DNA of 64,000 nucleotides, taken from positions 696,128,595 to 696,192,594 of the forward strand of contig NC_058131.1 of the NCBI RefSeq assembly GCF_016433145.1, written 5' to 3'. Each line of letters begins with the position of its first letter. Position 1 is the stretch's first letter. Below the pieces are notes generated by a model that saw only the letters and a program-made list of their open reading frames with translations, made no database searches and was not told the DNA's origin. Of this stretch, positions 1 to 10,300 are shown piece by piece. Source of the stretch: Gracilinanus agilis (lineage: Eukaryota). The translations under genes were made by a program, and so were the position numbers.

Positions 1-1384
1 TCTTCCTTTCTTGTAATGAACTCTGGGGGAGAGGATAGAAGGGGGAGGGAGGCACATGTACCCACAGAGAGTGCTCTTTGTGCCATCTTTGTCATGCATG
101 CCATAGGTTTGCCATCATTGGCATAGATCATGATGAGGACAGGGACTAGGAAAGAAGCTTGGGGTATACTCAGTCAATTAGCCAGTCAATTATCATTTAT
201 TCAGTAACTACTATGTGCCAGGTGCCATGCTAAGTCTATCAGGTTAGTAGATTTGTCCTGGATGAAGACATAGCACAGGGAACTGTGCAGTCATATAGGC
301 AAGAGGGAAAAGAATATTATACTTGTATAAAATAAAAAATAAAGGATTATAGAGAAACCAGTTGTTTTGAAATAGAGTTATCAAGATATTAAAAATAAAA
401 TAAGTAGAGAATCCATGCTCTAGACTCTCAGTTGCAGTCTCTTTTACCTTCATGTTTTCCAGATAGGAAGCCCTCAACCACCCAACTTTTGGGTTATTTG
501 GAGTAAGTGCACGAAGAACTGGAACATCAGAACTTCAGCAGGCTAAGGACCTGCTCTTTGTTTTCAGATTTGATGGGAGGAGGGAAGAGAGATCTAGGAC
601 TGTGCCTTCCTTGTGATATGGAGGTGGTAGACCTGAAGCCTCAAAGGCTGTGCAAGCAGAGAGCTACATATCTCATAATGCTGCAGCCCTTGCCCAGGGG
701 CACGTGGGTGTCTGTGGGCCATTGATGGATCTCACTGAGTTTACAGAGGTTCATCTTTAGTTTGCCCAAAGGGGTGATGAGTTTTCTATCCTCAGCAGCT
801 CCTGAAGATCCTTTACTGAGGAATCAAAAGTTTGAGAGCAGCTTTCACTGACTTGTGAAGGAAGAGCTGAGGCCCAGGCATGGAGCTGTCCAGCAGTCCT
901 TGGGTCTCAATGCCATGGGAGCTGTAAGAAGGATCTGGGCCAAAAGCTTTAGAACCAGAACTTGCTCCTTCCTAGTATTTGGCCCTTTATAATTGAGGTG
1001 ACATGAATCCTGAGGACAAATGACCCAATTTACTTTCCAGGTTTAAGTTTCAGATGAAGAGGGAGATGAGAAGGTGGATAATAACCTAGGTGACTGTGTG
1101 TTAACATCTTAACAAAGAAAGGCCTGCAAAAAAGAAGGCAGTTAAGGGAGTGATGGCAGAATCCCAGGTGATTTGAACCAGAGTAATGCTCATAATGTTG
1201 GAAATCTCCTTCCATCCTTGGAAGAAATCAAGGAAAACTGTATCCAGCAAAAACCCCCCAAACCCAAAGCATCCTCCAACTCACTGATTGGACAACCATG
1301 CTACCCAAGGACTATTCTCTTGTTCAAGTGTGTGTGGGGGGGATTGTTGGATACCAGAATTTGAGGTGAAAGGATCCTTAGAGT

Positions 1385-2230
1385 TGTCTAGCCATTAGAG
1401 AAATGCAAATTAAAACAACTCTGAGATACCACCTCACACCTATCAGGTTGGCCAATATGAAAGAAAAGGAAAATGATTAAGTGTTGAAGGGGATGAGGGA
1501 AAATTGGGACACTAATGCATTGTTATGGACTTGTAATCTGATCCAACCATTTGGGAGGGCAATTTAGAATTATTCCCAAAGGACTCTAAAACTGTGCCTC
1601 CCCTTTTATCTAGGAATACCGTTACTAAGTCTGTATCCCAAAGAGATAAAAAAGAGAGAGAGAAGCATCTCTCTGTACAGAAATGCTCCTCAGAACTCTT
1701 TGTGGTCACAAACAATTGGAAATTGGGAGGTGGTGGTGGTCCATCAGTTGGGGAATGGTTGATTAAATTGTGATATTTGATTATGGTGGAATACGACTGT
1801 GCCATTAGAAATGATGAACAAGATGATTTCAGAAAAATTGGGAAGGACTCACATGAACTGATGCAAAATGAAGTGAGCAGAACCAGGAGAACATTATATT
1901 GCAGGGAAGTGATTCAAGGCAATTTCACACTCATGATGAAAATTGCAACTTCTTTCTCCAAGAAAAGAACTGAGGAACCCTGAATGCAGACCCAAACAGA
2001 CCATATTTATTTCACTCTTTCTCTTTTTTCATTTGAGTATTTGTTTGTGTATTCTACAAAATAATTAATATGGAAAAAATGTTTCACTTGACTGAAAATG
2101 TAATGTCTCTATCAGTTTGTTTACTGTCTCGGTGGGGGGTGGGAAGAAGGGGGAGAACTGGGAACTCAGAATTAAAAAAGAAAGAATCTTAAAATTTGTT
2201 TTTATATGTAAATGGGGGAAAATGAAATAT
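1385..2230 (+). mobile_element. LINE-1 3' fragment (ORF2 C-terminus and 3'UTR), decayed
   Basis: Contains 'attagagaaatgcaaattaaaacaactctgagataccacctcacacc' ([16 protein letters not shown]) and 'ggggaatggttgattaaattgtg', both canonical L1 ORF2 end motifs, followed by an A-rich tail. Confidence 0.92.
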
Positions 2231-2254
2231 AAAAATGTTATCTAACCCAGCCTA

Positions 2255-2350
2255 TTCATTTTCCTGATGAGGTAACTGAGGGTAGAGAGTGGAAGGGACT
2301 TGGTCAAAGTCACAGATATTAGATGGAAGAGTCAGGATTCAAATTCTCTT
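2255..2350 (-). mobile_element. MIR/CORE-SINE fragment
   Basis: 'ttttcctgatgaggtaactgagg...aagtcaca...aggattcaaa' is the reverse complement of the MIR core. Confidence 0.65.
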
Positions 2351-3816
2351 CCTTTAGACCTTAATTAGAGGAAATGCTTCTGTCCTTCTATAGTGGTGTT
2401 GGCCTCAGCCTGGGTTATTATTAACCAGATTTCTGAGGGACACAGAAAAAATCTGATCGATGCATGCAGTACAACCAAATACCCTCCTTGTCCCCTGGGT
2501 CTCACTGGAGCCAGTCTCATGCTGCTGTTATGTCTGATGAAGACGCGGCTAGTCAAGGACAATTCTCCCGGGGAGGATATTCCTTGGATGAAGCAAGTGA
2601 CATGTGAGCCCCGAGTGCCGGTTCCATCCAAGTCAGGAACACTTGGGTTTACATCCCAGCCCAGACACTTAGGAACTTTGTGGACCTGGTAAGGAGATTG
2701 GATTCTTTGGGTCTCTTAACTGTAAACCCGGAGCAATGAGAACATTCACCTAATGGGGTCAGCAGGGGGTTCGAGGGAGACGACGTATTCATGCCTTCCA
2801 ACTTTAAAGCACTTTGGAAATATTTATGTTTCGTCCTTTTGCCAAACTAGGTGTCTCTGTCTCAAATATGAAGGTGTGGAATATCCCGAGTCTCGTGGAA
2901 ATGGAAAAGCTGCTGTTGACTCTTCCAGAATTTCCATGACTTTAATCATGGCTCTCCTTTTGAGAGGATGAAGAGAAATTGGGGCAGAGTGAATAAGTGT
3001 GAGCTGGAGCTACCAGAGTCCCTTGGGAGGAGGGGCACAGAGGAGGATCCCGGGAAGGAAGGAAGTCTAGAGAGCACCTGCACTGCCTTGACCAACTGTT
3101 CCTTAGCCCTTCTCTAGTTTCAGGAGAACAAAGACTTCTTGGGCAGCACGAACTCCTCCAGCAGGCAGGAACCTGATCTCTGAGCTCTCTCTCCGGGGGC
3201 TTCCCTATCACTGGAAACGCAGGCAGCACTGGAAGCAGCAATGTTCGTCTCTGATTTACATAACAGAGGGTGCTTTGCATTCTGAAAAGTCCCAGAGGAA
3301 ACGCCGCGATGAGTGCTAAAAACAGGGTTTTCCATCAGTGCTCATTATACTGTCTGTCTGGGCTTTGGAAGAACTCTGCCAGGGAGCTGGGATGAGAAGC
3401 TGGCAAACTCTCTATTCAGGCTTCCTGCCTCCCCTTTTGGCTTTGTCCAAGCCTCCTCCCCTGTGGTCCAGCCCCAGCCCACAGACCTTCTGGGACCCCC
3501 CCGGGCCCGGCTTCTGCATCTGCCCCCCCCCCCCCCCCGAACTTGTCTGTAGGGTCAGAATGTCGAAATGGAAGGGATCCTCCTTATTTTACTGAACAGG
3601 AAACCGAGGCCTAGAGAGGGACCTGAGCCACTGCTGGGCTCGCCATGCCGCAGAGGGGGCTGGGTCTTGGCTACTGACCTTTATGAGAAGTGCCTATCTC
3701 AGCCTCCCTGGAAAACTCCCTCCTTGGCCTTTGAACCAATTATGGTCAGGACTAGGGGATGACAGACATTAACTAGTTTCAGATTTGAACCCAGATTTCT
3801 TACAACATGGTGCTTC

Positions 3817-4016
3817 TTTTTTTTTTAAATTTAAACCCTAATCTCTTTATATATATCCTTCTTTATTAATTTTTTATTTGTTACAGGGCTAGGCAATGGG
3901 GGTTAAGTGACTTGCTCAGGGTCACACAGCTAGGAAGTGTCCGAGGCCAAATTCGAACCCAGGATCTCCCGTCTCTAGGCCTGGCTCTTAATCCACTGAG
4001 CCATCCAGCTGCCCCC
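3817..4016 (-). mobile_element. SINE1_Mdo-type tRNA-derived SINE with TSD
   Basis: Poly-T followed by 'ggcaatggggttaagtgacttgc...ccatccagctgcccc'. The direct repeat catggtgcttctttt lies on both sides. Confidence 0.92.
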
Positions 4017-5289
4017 AGCATGGTGCTTCTTTTCACTGGTCAGATAAAGAGTTTGTGTATATTGAAACTGGGTCTTCCTCAACTGGGCTTCTCAAAGCAT
4101 TTTGTCTTTGGCTCCCTAATTGGCCAGACTTTGAAATTCGGCCATTATCTTACAGGAAGCCTGGGCTGAACTCGGGGAAGCTTTAAGGGGGCCTCCTGGT
4201 CCGAGAGGACTCCCGGAGCGGCCCATCGCACAAACGGCTCTGGGACAGGATCTCAGCCTTAATTTTCGGAGGTGAATGAATGCTCGCAGCACACCTCGTT
4301 AGGGTTTCCTTAGCAAGCTGAGGATGAAGGACCAAAAGAGATGAAATGAAGAAGGTGAGGCCCAGCCCACAGTGTGGCTGCAAAGGGGCTGCTACTCCTC
4401 TCTAATCCCAGACATGAGGAGATTCGTGTGGCTCTTTGATTTCTCCTTGTCAGCCCTCGATTTCTAAGGGAAAAGGAAGATGCACAGAACTTTGACCTGA
4501 GTATAGTTGCTTCCGTTGCCTAATGGATCATAATATTAACACAGAAGATGTGGATGAGGCTTGCGCACCTGTTGCCTAGATTGGAGGCCGACAATGACCC
4601 TCTTTTCCTTGTGAGGGATCAGGCACTTCACTACTTTTTGCTATCATGACCAGGCACTATTCTGCCCACTTCATTTTCCAGGGAAAAAATAATAGGGCCG
4701 GGAGTAGTTTTCTCTTTGATGGAAACGTCCCAGAATCTCCAAATTGGAGGAGAGCTTGGAAATCACTCACCTGCCCCTGTCCTTGCCCCTCTCTGCCACT
4801 AACAAATGGTCAGCCAGCCTTGGATGGCAGATTTCCAGGTAAGTGGAACCTGCCTCTAGGGGTGGCCTGATGCTCTCTAGGACAGTTCCTACTGGCAGGA
4901 CTTTTCTTGGTTTCTCGTTTGATTTCTGTGCGATTTCAGCTCACTGCTCCTAGTTTTGTCCTCTGTGGCTGAGAAAGACAAAGCTCCTTTTTCCCTTGGG
5001 GGTAGCCTTTGATACGAGATGAAAACGGTCAGTTTTCCCCTGAGTCTTTTCTTCTCCTTGCTAAATGTGTCCATCTTCCTTGCCTTGTCTTCCTCCGGCT
5101 GGCCATCATTCTTACCTCCCTCCTGGGAACATTCTCTAAATGATCCAAGTCTTGCCGACACTGGGGTGCCCAGAAGGAACCCAGCACTTTGGATGAGGCC
5201 TGGCCAGGGAACAGTCCGGCTTCCCATCAGCCTACCTCCTATGGCCCTCTTGCAGGAAGCTCTACCTCTCTAGCTCCTTATTTTGGCCA

Positions 5290-6500
5290 TCACACCATGA
5301 AGGTGACTTTAATTTGCAGTTCACAACTTTCAGTTTTTTTCCTTCTTCAAATACATTCTGGCTCAGGTCTCCCTCCGTCATCTGATATTTTTGAAGATTT
5401 TTTTGAACCCCAAATGGAAACTGTTTTGGTTAACCCTATTTATTCCCATTTTCTTGAATTTGGCCCAGTGTTCTATCAAGATCCTTTTGGATCCTGCCTC
5501 TGTTGTCTGATGTAGTAGAGATCCATCCCACATAGGGGTCCTCAGCAAGCTTGATAAGGAGGGCATCTCTCTGTTTTTGCTCATCTAAGGTAGGCATAAA
5601 AACGTGAAGCAGCACAGGGTTACATGGTGATCTCTGGGTTACTCCACTCCAGATTTTCATCCTTGTTGATGGTGAATCGTGAATGGCTGCTCTTTTCATC
5701 CAGCCCCTCAAGTTGTTCCATCAGTTCTGATTCATTCACCCAACTGTATAATGACAATGATCATTATATACCACTGCTGTGGTACTTTAAGGTTGGCAAA
5801 GGGCTTTACAAAGAGAACCTCTTTGACCTCAAAACATCCCATATGTTATCTCCTATCATTTGTCTCCTCATCTTTCCAACTTTCTCCATAAAGATTGCAT
5901 GACAGACTTTAAGAGTCTTCACTAAAATCTAGATAAGCCTCTCAGTGTTCTTCCTGTGACATCCTAGCTCTGGAAACCTGTCAGAAAAGGACATGAGAGT
6001 TTGAGAGCCAGGCCTAAGGATTGGAGGTCCTGGGTTCAAATCTGCACTCAGATACTTCCTGCATGACCCTGGACAAGTCACAACTCCCATTGCCTAGCAC
6101 TTCCCACTCTTTTGCCTTGAAACCAATACCCAGGATTGACTCTAACTATGGAGGTAAGGGGTTAAAAAAAAGGACATGAGCTTAGCCTGGTTCTTGAAGC
6201 CAGGTTAGGTCTTTGTAATCATCTTTTCCCTTTCTAGATGCTCACTGACCACCTCTTTAAGGAACTATTTTAGAATGTTCATAGGCATCGAAGTCAGGCT
6301 CACTGGCCTATTATTTAAAGATTCAGTTCTCTTCCCTTTATGGAAAACAGAATCATCTACCTTTCTCCAGGCTTGGAGTATTTCTCCTTTTTCCCATTAC
6401 TATGCAAACAACAAATCGATGGCCCCTTGGTTCTTTCAGGATTGGAAGGTGTAGCTCATTTCTCAAAAGCTCTGAACCTTCTGCCCCACCTTTCTGCTGG
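5290..6500 (-). mobile_element. L3/CR1 LINE reverse-transcriptase fragment, interrupted by a SINE
   Basis: Minus-strand translations NELHLPILKE (CR1 DELHPRVLKE), KGKRTESLNNRPVSLTS, YLDFS-like motif, LIKLAED (LIKFADD) and RIQKDLDR occur in the correct order. Confidence 0.85.
5998..6170 (+). mobile_element. SINE1_Mdo-type SINE, 5'-truncated, with TSD
   Basis: 'gagagccaggcc...gggttcaaatctg...ggtaaggggttaaaaaaaa' flanked by the direct repeat aaaaggacatgag. Confidence 0.88.
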
Positions 6501-6564
6501 AATTTGGTCTGGGACCCTGGACCATTAGCTCTGATCTTCTCTTGCCCAGAGCCAGGCCACCGTG

Positions 6565-7570
6565 CCACTTTCTGGCAATTTCCAAACCATACCACCGGCA
6601 TTTTGGCCCCTGAGACTCTGGCTTCACCTTACTTTTTGGTCTGCTCTTCTGCTTCATCGATTCTCAGGGCATTCTGCTCTTGAAACTCCATCACTTGACG
6701 AGAGCTCTTTTTTGTTTTTCAATGGCGCACACAAGGGCCAATGTTTGGAACCTGGCATTAGTTGTTCTTTTGAACGTGTTCAAACCAACGAATACTTTCC
6801 AATAATTTGTAAACATTTGCCATCTTTTTCCATGATTGTCCACTTAGATGGACCATGAGATCTTGGAGAGAAGCCATACTTTGACACACTTTCTCTATTC
6901 TCATGACTTTGGATGGTTCTGATTTTGCCGTTCCTCCCTCTATTAAACTTTGCAATCGAACGTCTACCTTCACGCACTTGGCAAGAAGGTCTTTCGCCTC
7001 TTCGAAGACTAGGCTTTGGAATACAGTTTACAGTAACTTGTCGAGGAGCTCCACCAATGGCACGTGCCCTTTCTAGTTTTTGCAAACATTCTCACCAAGT
7101 GACATTTTGCATGACTTGACTTTTAAGTTGTTCTCTACATCTGCCTTTCTTCTCTCTACGCGCCCCGATTGTAAAACTTCCATTGTATTTCTCACCCAAA
7201 CATGCCATGTTTCTTTCCTAGCAGATGTAGCTCCTTCCCTGAGAAAATTCACTTAGGTCTATGGTTTCACTGGGATATAAACTCACGCCATATTTTATGG
7301 TAGCTCTTTCTAGTGTTTTGAATGGCTTTTTGGACCCAACTTAATGCTAATGATTTATCTCCACACACTCCTTAATTAATTAACCCCCTATTAATCTCTG
7401 GTAAGTACCCTCTTCTCCTCCCTCAGAGGCAGGCTAAGGGAAATGCCAGCCACTTTCTGAAATCCAAATTCTGTCAGGAATCTTGGAAGTTTCCTCCTCG
7501 AGTACCTTGCAGACACCAGACAAGGTTTATGTTTCTCCTCAGCTCTTTCATTTGATTCTTCTCCTCCTAT
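6565..7570 (-). pseudogene. Decayed PNMA-like / Ty3-Gypsy Gag-derived sequence (N-terminal domain, capsid domain, eroded CCHC knuckle)
   Basis: Frameshift-corrected translation gives IFSGKEATSARKETWHVWVRNTMEVLQSGRV, EKKGRCREQL, ECLQKLE, GERPS, KVDVRLQSLIEGGTAKSEPSKVMRIEKVC and LSGQSWKKMANVYKLLESIR. These are colinear with human PNMA1 blocks as I recall them: [82 protein letters not shown] and LTGAGEGPAPNLFQLLVQIR. Several stops and at least 3 frameshifts. Confidence 0.75.
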
Positions 7571-7927
7571 ATTTTCAATGGTCACTTGGAAAAACTCATG
7601 TCTTGTTCTCAATAAGCCCCTCAGTGACCATGGGGCCAGAGAACGGGATGACTCGGTGACTGAACAGAAAGGAAATAGGTATCTATATAGAACCTCCATA
7701 GGCCAGACACGGCTAAGCCTCATTTGATCCTCACAATTACCCTCGAGACCGGTGCTATTATTATGCCAATTTTAAAGTCAAAATCACTGAGGCAGGCAGA
7801 TTTAAGTGAGTTGCCTAGAGCCATACAACCTGTAAGTGTTTGCTGCCACATTTGAACTCCCAGCTCTCTGATTTCAGGTACAGAGCCTTATCTATTGAAC
7901 CACCCAGCTCTTTGGCCCTCAGTATTC

Positions 7928-8258
7928 NNNNNNNNNNNNNNNNNNNNNNNNNNNNNNNNNNNNNNNNNNNNNNNNNNNNNNNNNNNNNNNNNNNNNNNNN
8001 NNNNNNNNNNNNNNNNNNNNNNNNNNNNNNNNNNNNNNNNNNNNNNNNNNNNNNNNNNNNNNNNNNNNNNNNNNNNNNNNNNNNNNNNNNNNNNNNNNNN
8101 NNNNNNNNNNNNNNNNNNNNNNNNNNNNNNNNNNNNNNNNNNNNNNNNNNNNNNNNNNNNNNNNNNNNNNNNNNNNNNNNNNNNNNNNNNNNNNNNNNNN
8201 NNNNNNNNNNNNNNNNNNNNNNNNNNNNNNNNNNNNNNNNNNNNNNNNNNNNNNNNNN
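7928..8258. other. Assembly gap (N run)
   Basis: Run of n. Confidence 1.
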
Positions 8259-8259
8259 T

Positions 8260-8640
8260 GACTGGAAGGATGACAGTGTCCATTTCCCCTTTAGAAGAAA
8301 TGGGGAAGCTTGGAGGTCAAGTTGCTTTCAGCAGGTAGATAATGAATTCTGTCATGAGCATGCCGAGTTTCAGATCCTGATGGGACATTCAGATGTCTTC
8401 TAGGACTTTGGCAGTGAAAGTCTAGAGTTTAGAAGAGAGATGAAGACTAGATATAAAGATCTGGGAACCATCTTTACAGACATGATAATTGAGACAATTG
8501 GAAGTGACTAAATTTCTAAGAAATTGCAAGTTTAGAGAGAGGACGTCTGAAAGATTTGAGGATACACTGCTTGATAGGTGGGGGATAAGGGATGATTCAG
8601 CTAAGGAGACTGAGAAGTGGTAGCCATCCAGGAAGCAGCC
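8260..8640 (-). mobile_element. L2 LINE fragment
   Basis: 'ggtagataatgaattctgt', 'gattcagctaaggagactgagaag' and neighbouring motifs match the antisense of the L2 3' region. Confidence 0.75.
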
Positions 8641-9630
8641 ATCTTTGCTGGCACTGATCTCCCCCCTCTCCTCCTCACTCTCCCTTCCTTCCCCCCCCCC
8701 CGACACTTCTACTGTCATGGGCCTCCCATCCCCCTCTGCTGCCTCTTTTCCTCTAAATGAAGCTTTGCTGTATTGCTTCTCTCTCATTAGTCTTGGGTCA
8801 GATCCCCATCAGCCAAGACCAACAGGATTGTCTTTCTTGACACTGACTTGATATTTTTATAGACATGATCTCATCGGGGTGGGGACTCTCTCCAATTGGG
8901 ATCACAAACCATCCTTAACTTTTTGTCCCATGAAGACTGCCATCCGTATGTGCTTATAAATCCCCCACAGGGAATCTATGCACAATTTCTGGGTCCTTCC
9001 TATGTTCCTGGTCATTGTGATGGTTCCTGTGGGAAACATAGGCTGTCTATGAGCATTCCCTCACTCCGAGTATATGGATGGCTGGATTCATTAGCTCTCT
9101 TTCCAAACATGGTTTAGACTCTCCCCCCCCCCCTTTCTCCATGGTGTCTCTGTTGCATGAAATAACCCTGCCATGGTTTTCTACTGTCCTTCTCACTCTC
9201 GTCATGGTGGCCACAGAGCTTAGAACAGGGCTTTGGGTGCACTAAAGACTTCATCAGCGCTGGCTGATTGAGGGATTTTGAGGTTTTCCAAATTAGTTTC
9301 TATTCTTATGGGAACATAAAGTCACAGATTTCAAGAGATGAGAGACTTGAGGTTGGACAAGGGGAAGTGTCTTGTCCAGAGTTACTTGAATTTTAAATCT
9401 TTCTTCAAATTCAGCACTCTTTTCACTGGATCAACACTTCTGTTCTAAATCACTATTGCCCTCAGCTGTCATACTTTTCATTTTGTCAATGAAATCTAGA
9501 GTTTCCTACATGACATAATGGCTCCTGATTTTTATGATGGAGTTATATTGGTTAGACTTTCTTAGAAAGTGATGATTATGCCTGCTAATGTCTTATTTTA
9601 TCTATTTCTCATTTACAAAAAGAAGCAATA

Positions 9631-9843
9631 GGGGGCAGCTGGGTAGCTCAGTGGATGGAGAGCCAGGCCTAGAGATGGGAGGTCCTGGGTTCAAATCTGT
9701 CATCAGATACTCCCCAGCTGTGTGACCCTGGGCAAGTCACTGAACCCCATTGCCTACCCTTACCATTCTTCTACCTTAGAACCAATACACAGTAATGATT
9801 CCAAGACAGAAGGTAAGGGTTTAAAAAAATAAAAATAAAAATA
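9631..9843 (+). mobile_element. SINE1_Mdo-type SINE, full length, with 14-bp TSD
   Basis: Starts gggggcagctgggtagctcagtgg and ends in an A-tail. TSD aaaaagaagcaata at 9617-9630 and 9844-9857. Confidence 0.95.
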
Positions 9844-9894
9844 AAAAAGAAGCAATAACTTGTTTAAATGGATCAATTCAGAGGCCTTAATATC

Positions 9895-10300
9895 AATTGT
9901 TACAATATCTTTTATTTTTTACATCACCAGGTTATCTTCTAATATTCCTCCCCTTTTTGCCTCCCAGAGAGCCATTCCACCTAGCAAATGATGCTTTAAA
10001 GAAAAAAGGAGGAAGAACAGAAAAAAATCAGCCAATACCAAGGATTCCTCCCAAATCTGAAAATATATGCAATATCCCCCATCCCACCTCTTTGGTGACT
10101 GAGGTGCAGCTAGGCCATTTTGCCACATTCATCATGAATTGCTTTGTGTCTTCCCCCATTCATACTGTTTCCGTCATTGGGTATGTTGTTTTCTCAACTC
10201 ATTACTCCACACCAGCTCATGTATGCCTTTCCTGGCCCTCTATTTTCATCATATTCTTAATTTCTTACAGCCTAGTAAAATCTACTCACTATCAAGTATC
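9895..10300 (-). mobile_element. Old LINE-1 3' fragment
   Basis: T-rich antisense L1 3'UTR-type sequence ('atatgcaatatcccccatcccac...catcatgaattg'). Confidence 0.55.

Noticed and set aside
6353-6500. HRFVVCIVMG read as retroviral protease or integrase after gag
   Set aside because: The same bases are better explained as CR1 RT (ELHPRVLKE..LSVIFE..WR).
6560-7300. Initial reading as a hAT/Charlie transposase remnant
   Set aside because: Only scattered residues matched, whereas the PNMA-type Gag alignment gave six ordered blocks.
7341-7351. TTAATGCTAAT, matching the first 11 nt of miR-155
   Set aside because: The rest of the mature sequence and the hairpin arm are absent, and it lies inside the Gag fossil.
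7840-8403. Long ORFs containing X runs here and at 19.0, 37.0, 46.3, 53.0 and 58.4 kb
   Set aside because: Artefacts of translating through N gaps.
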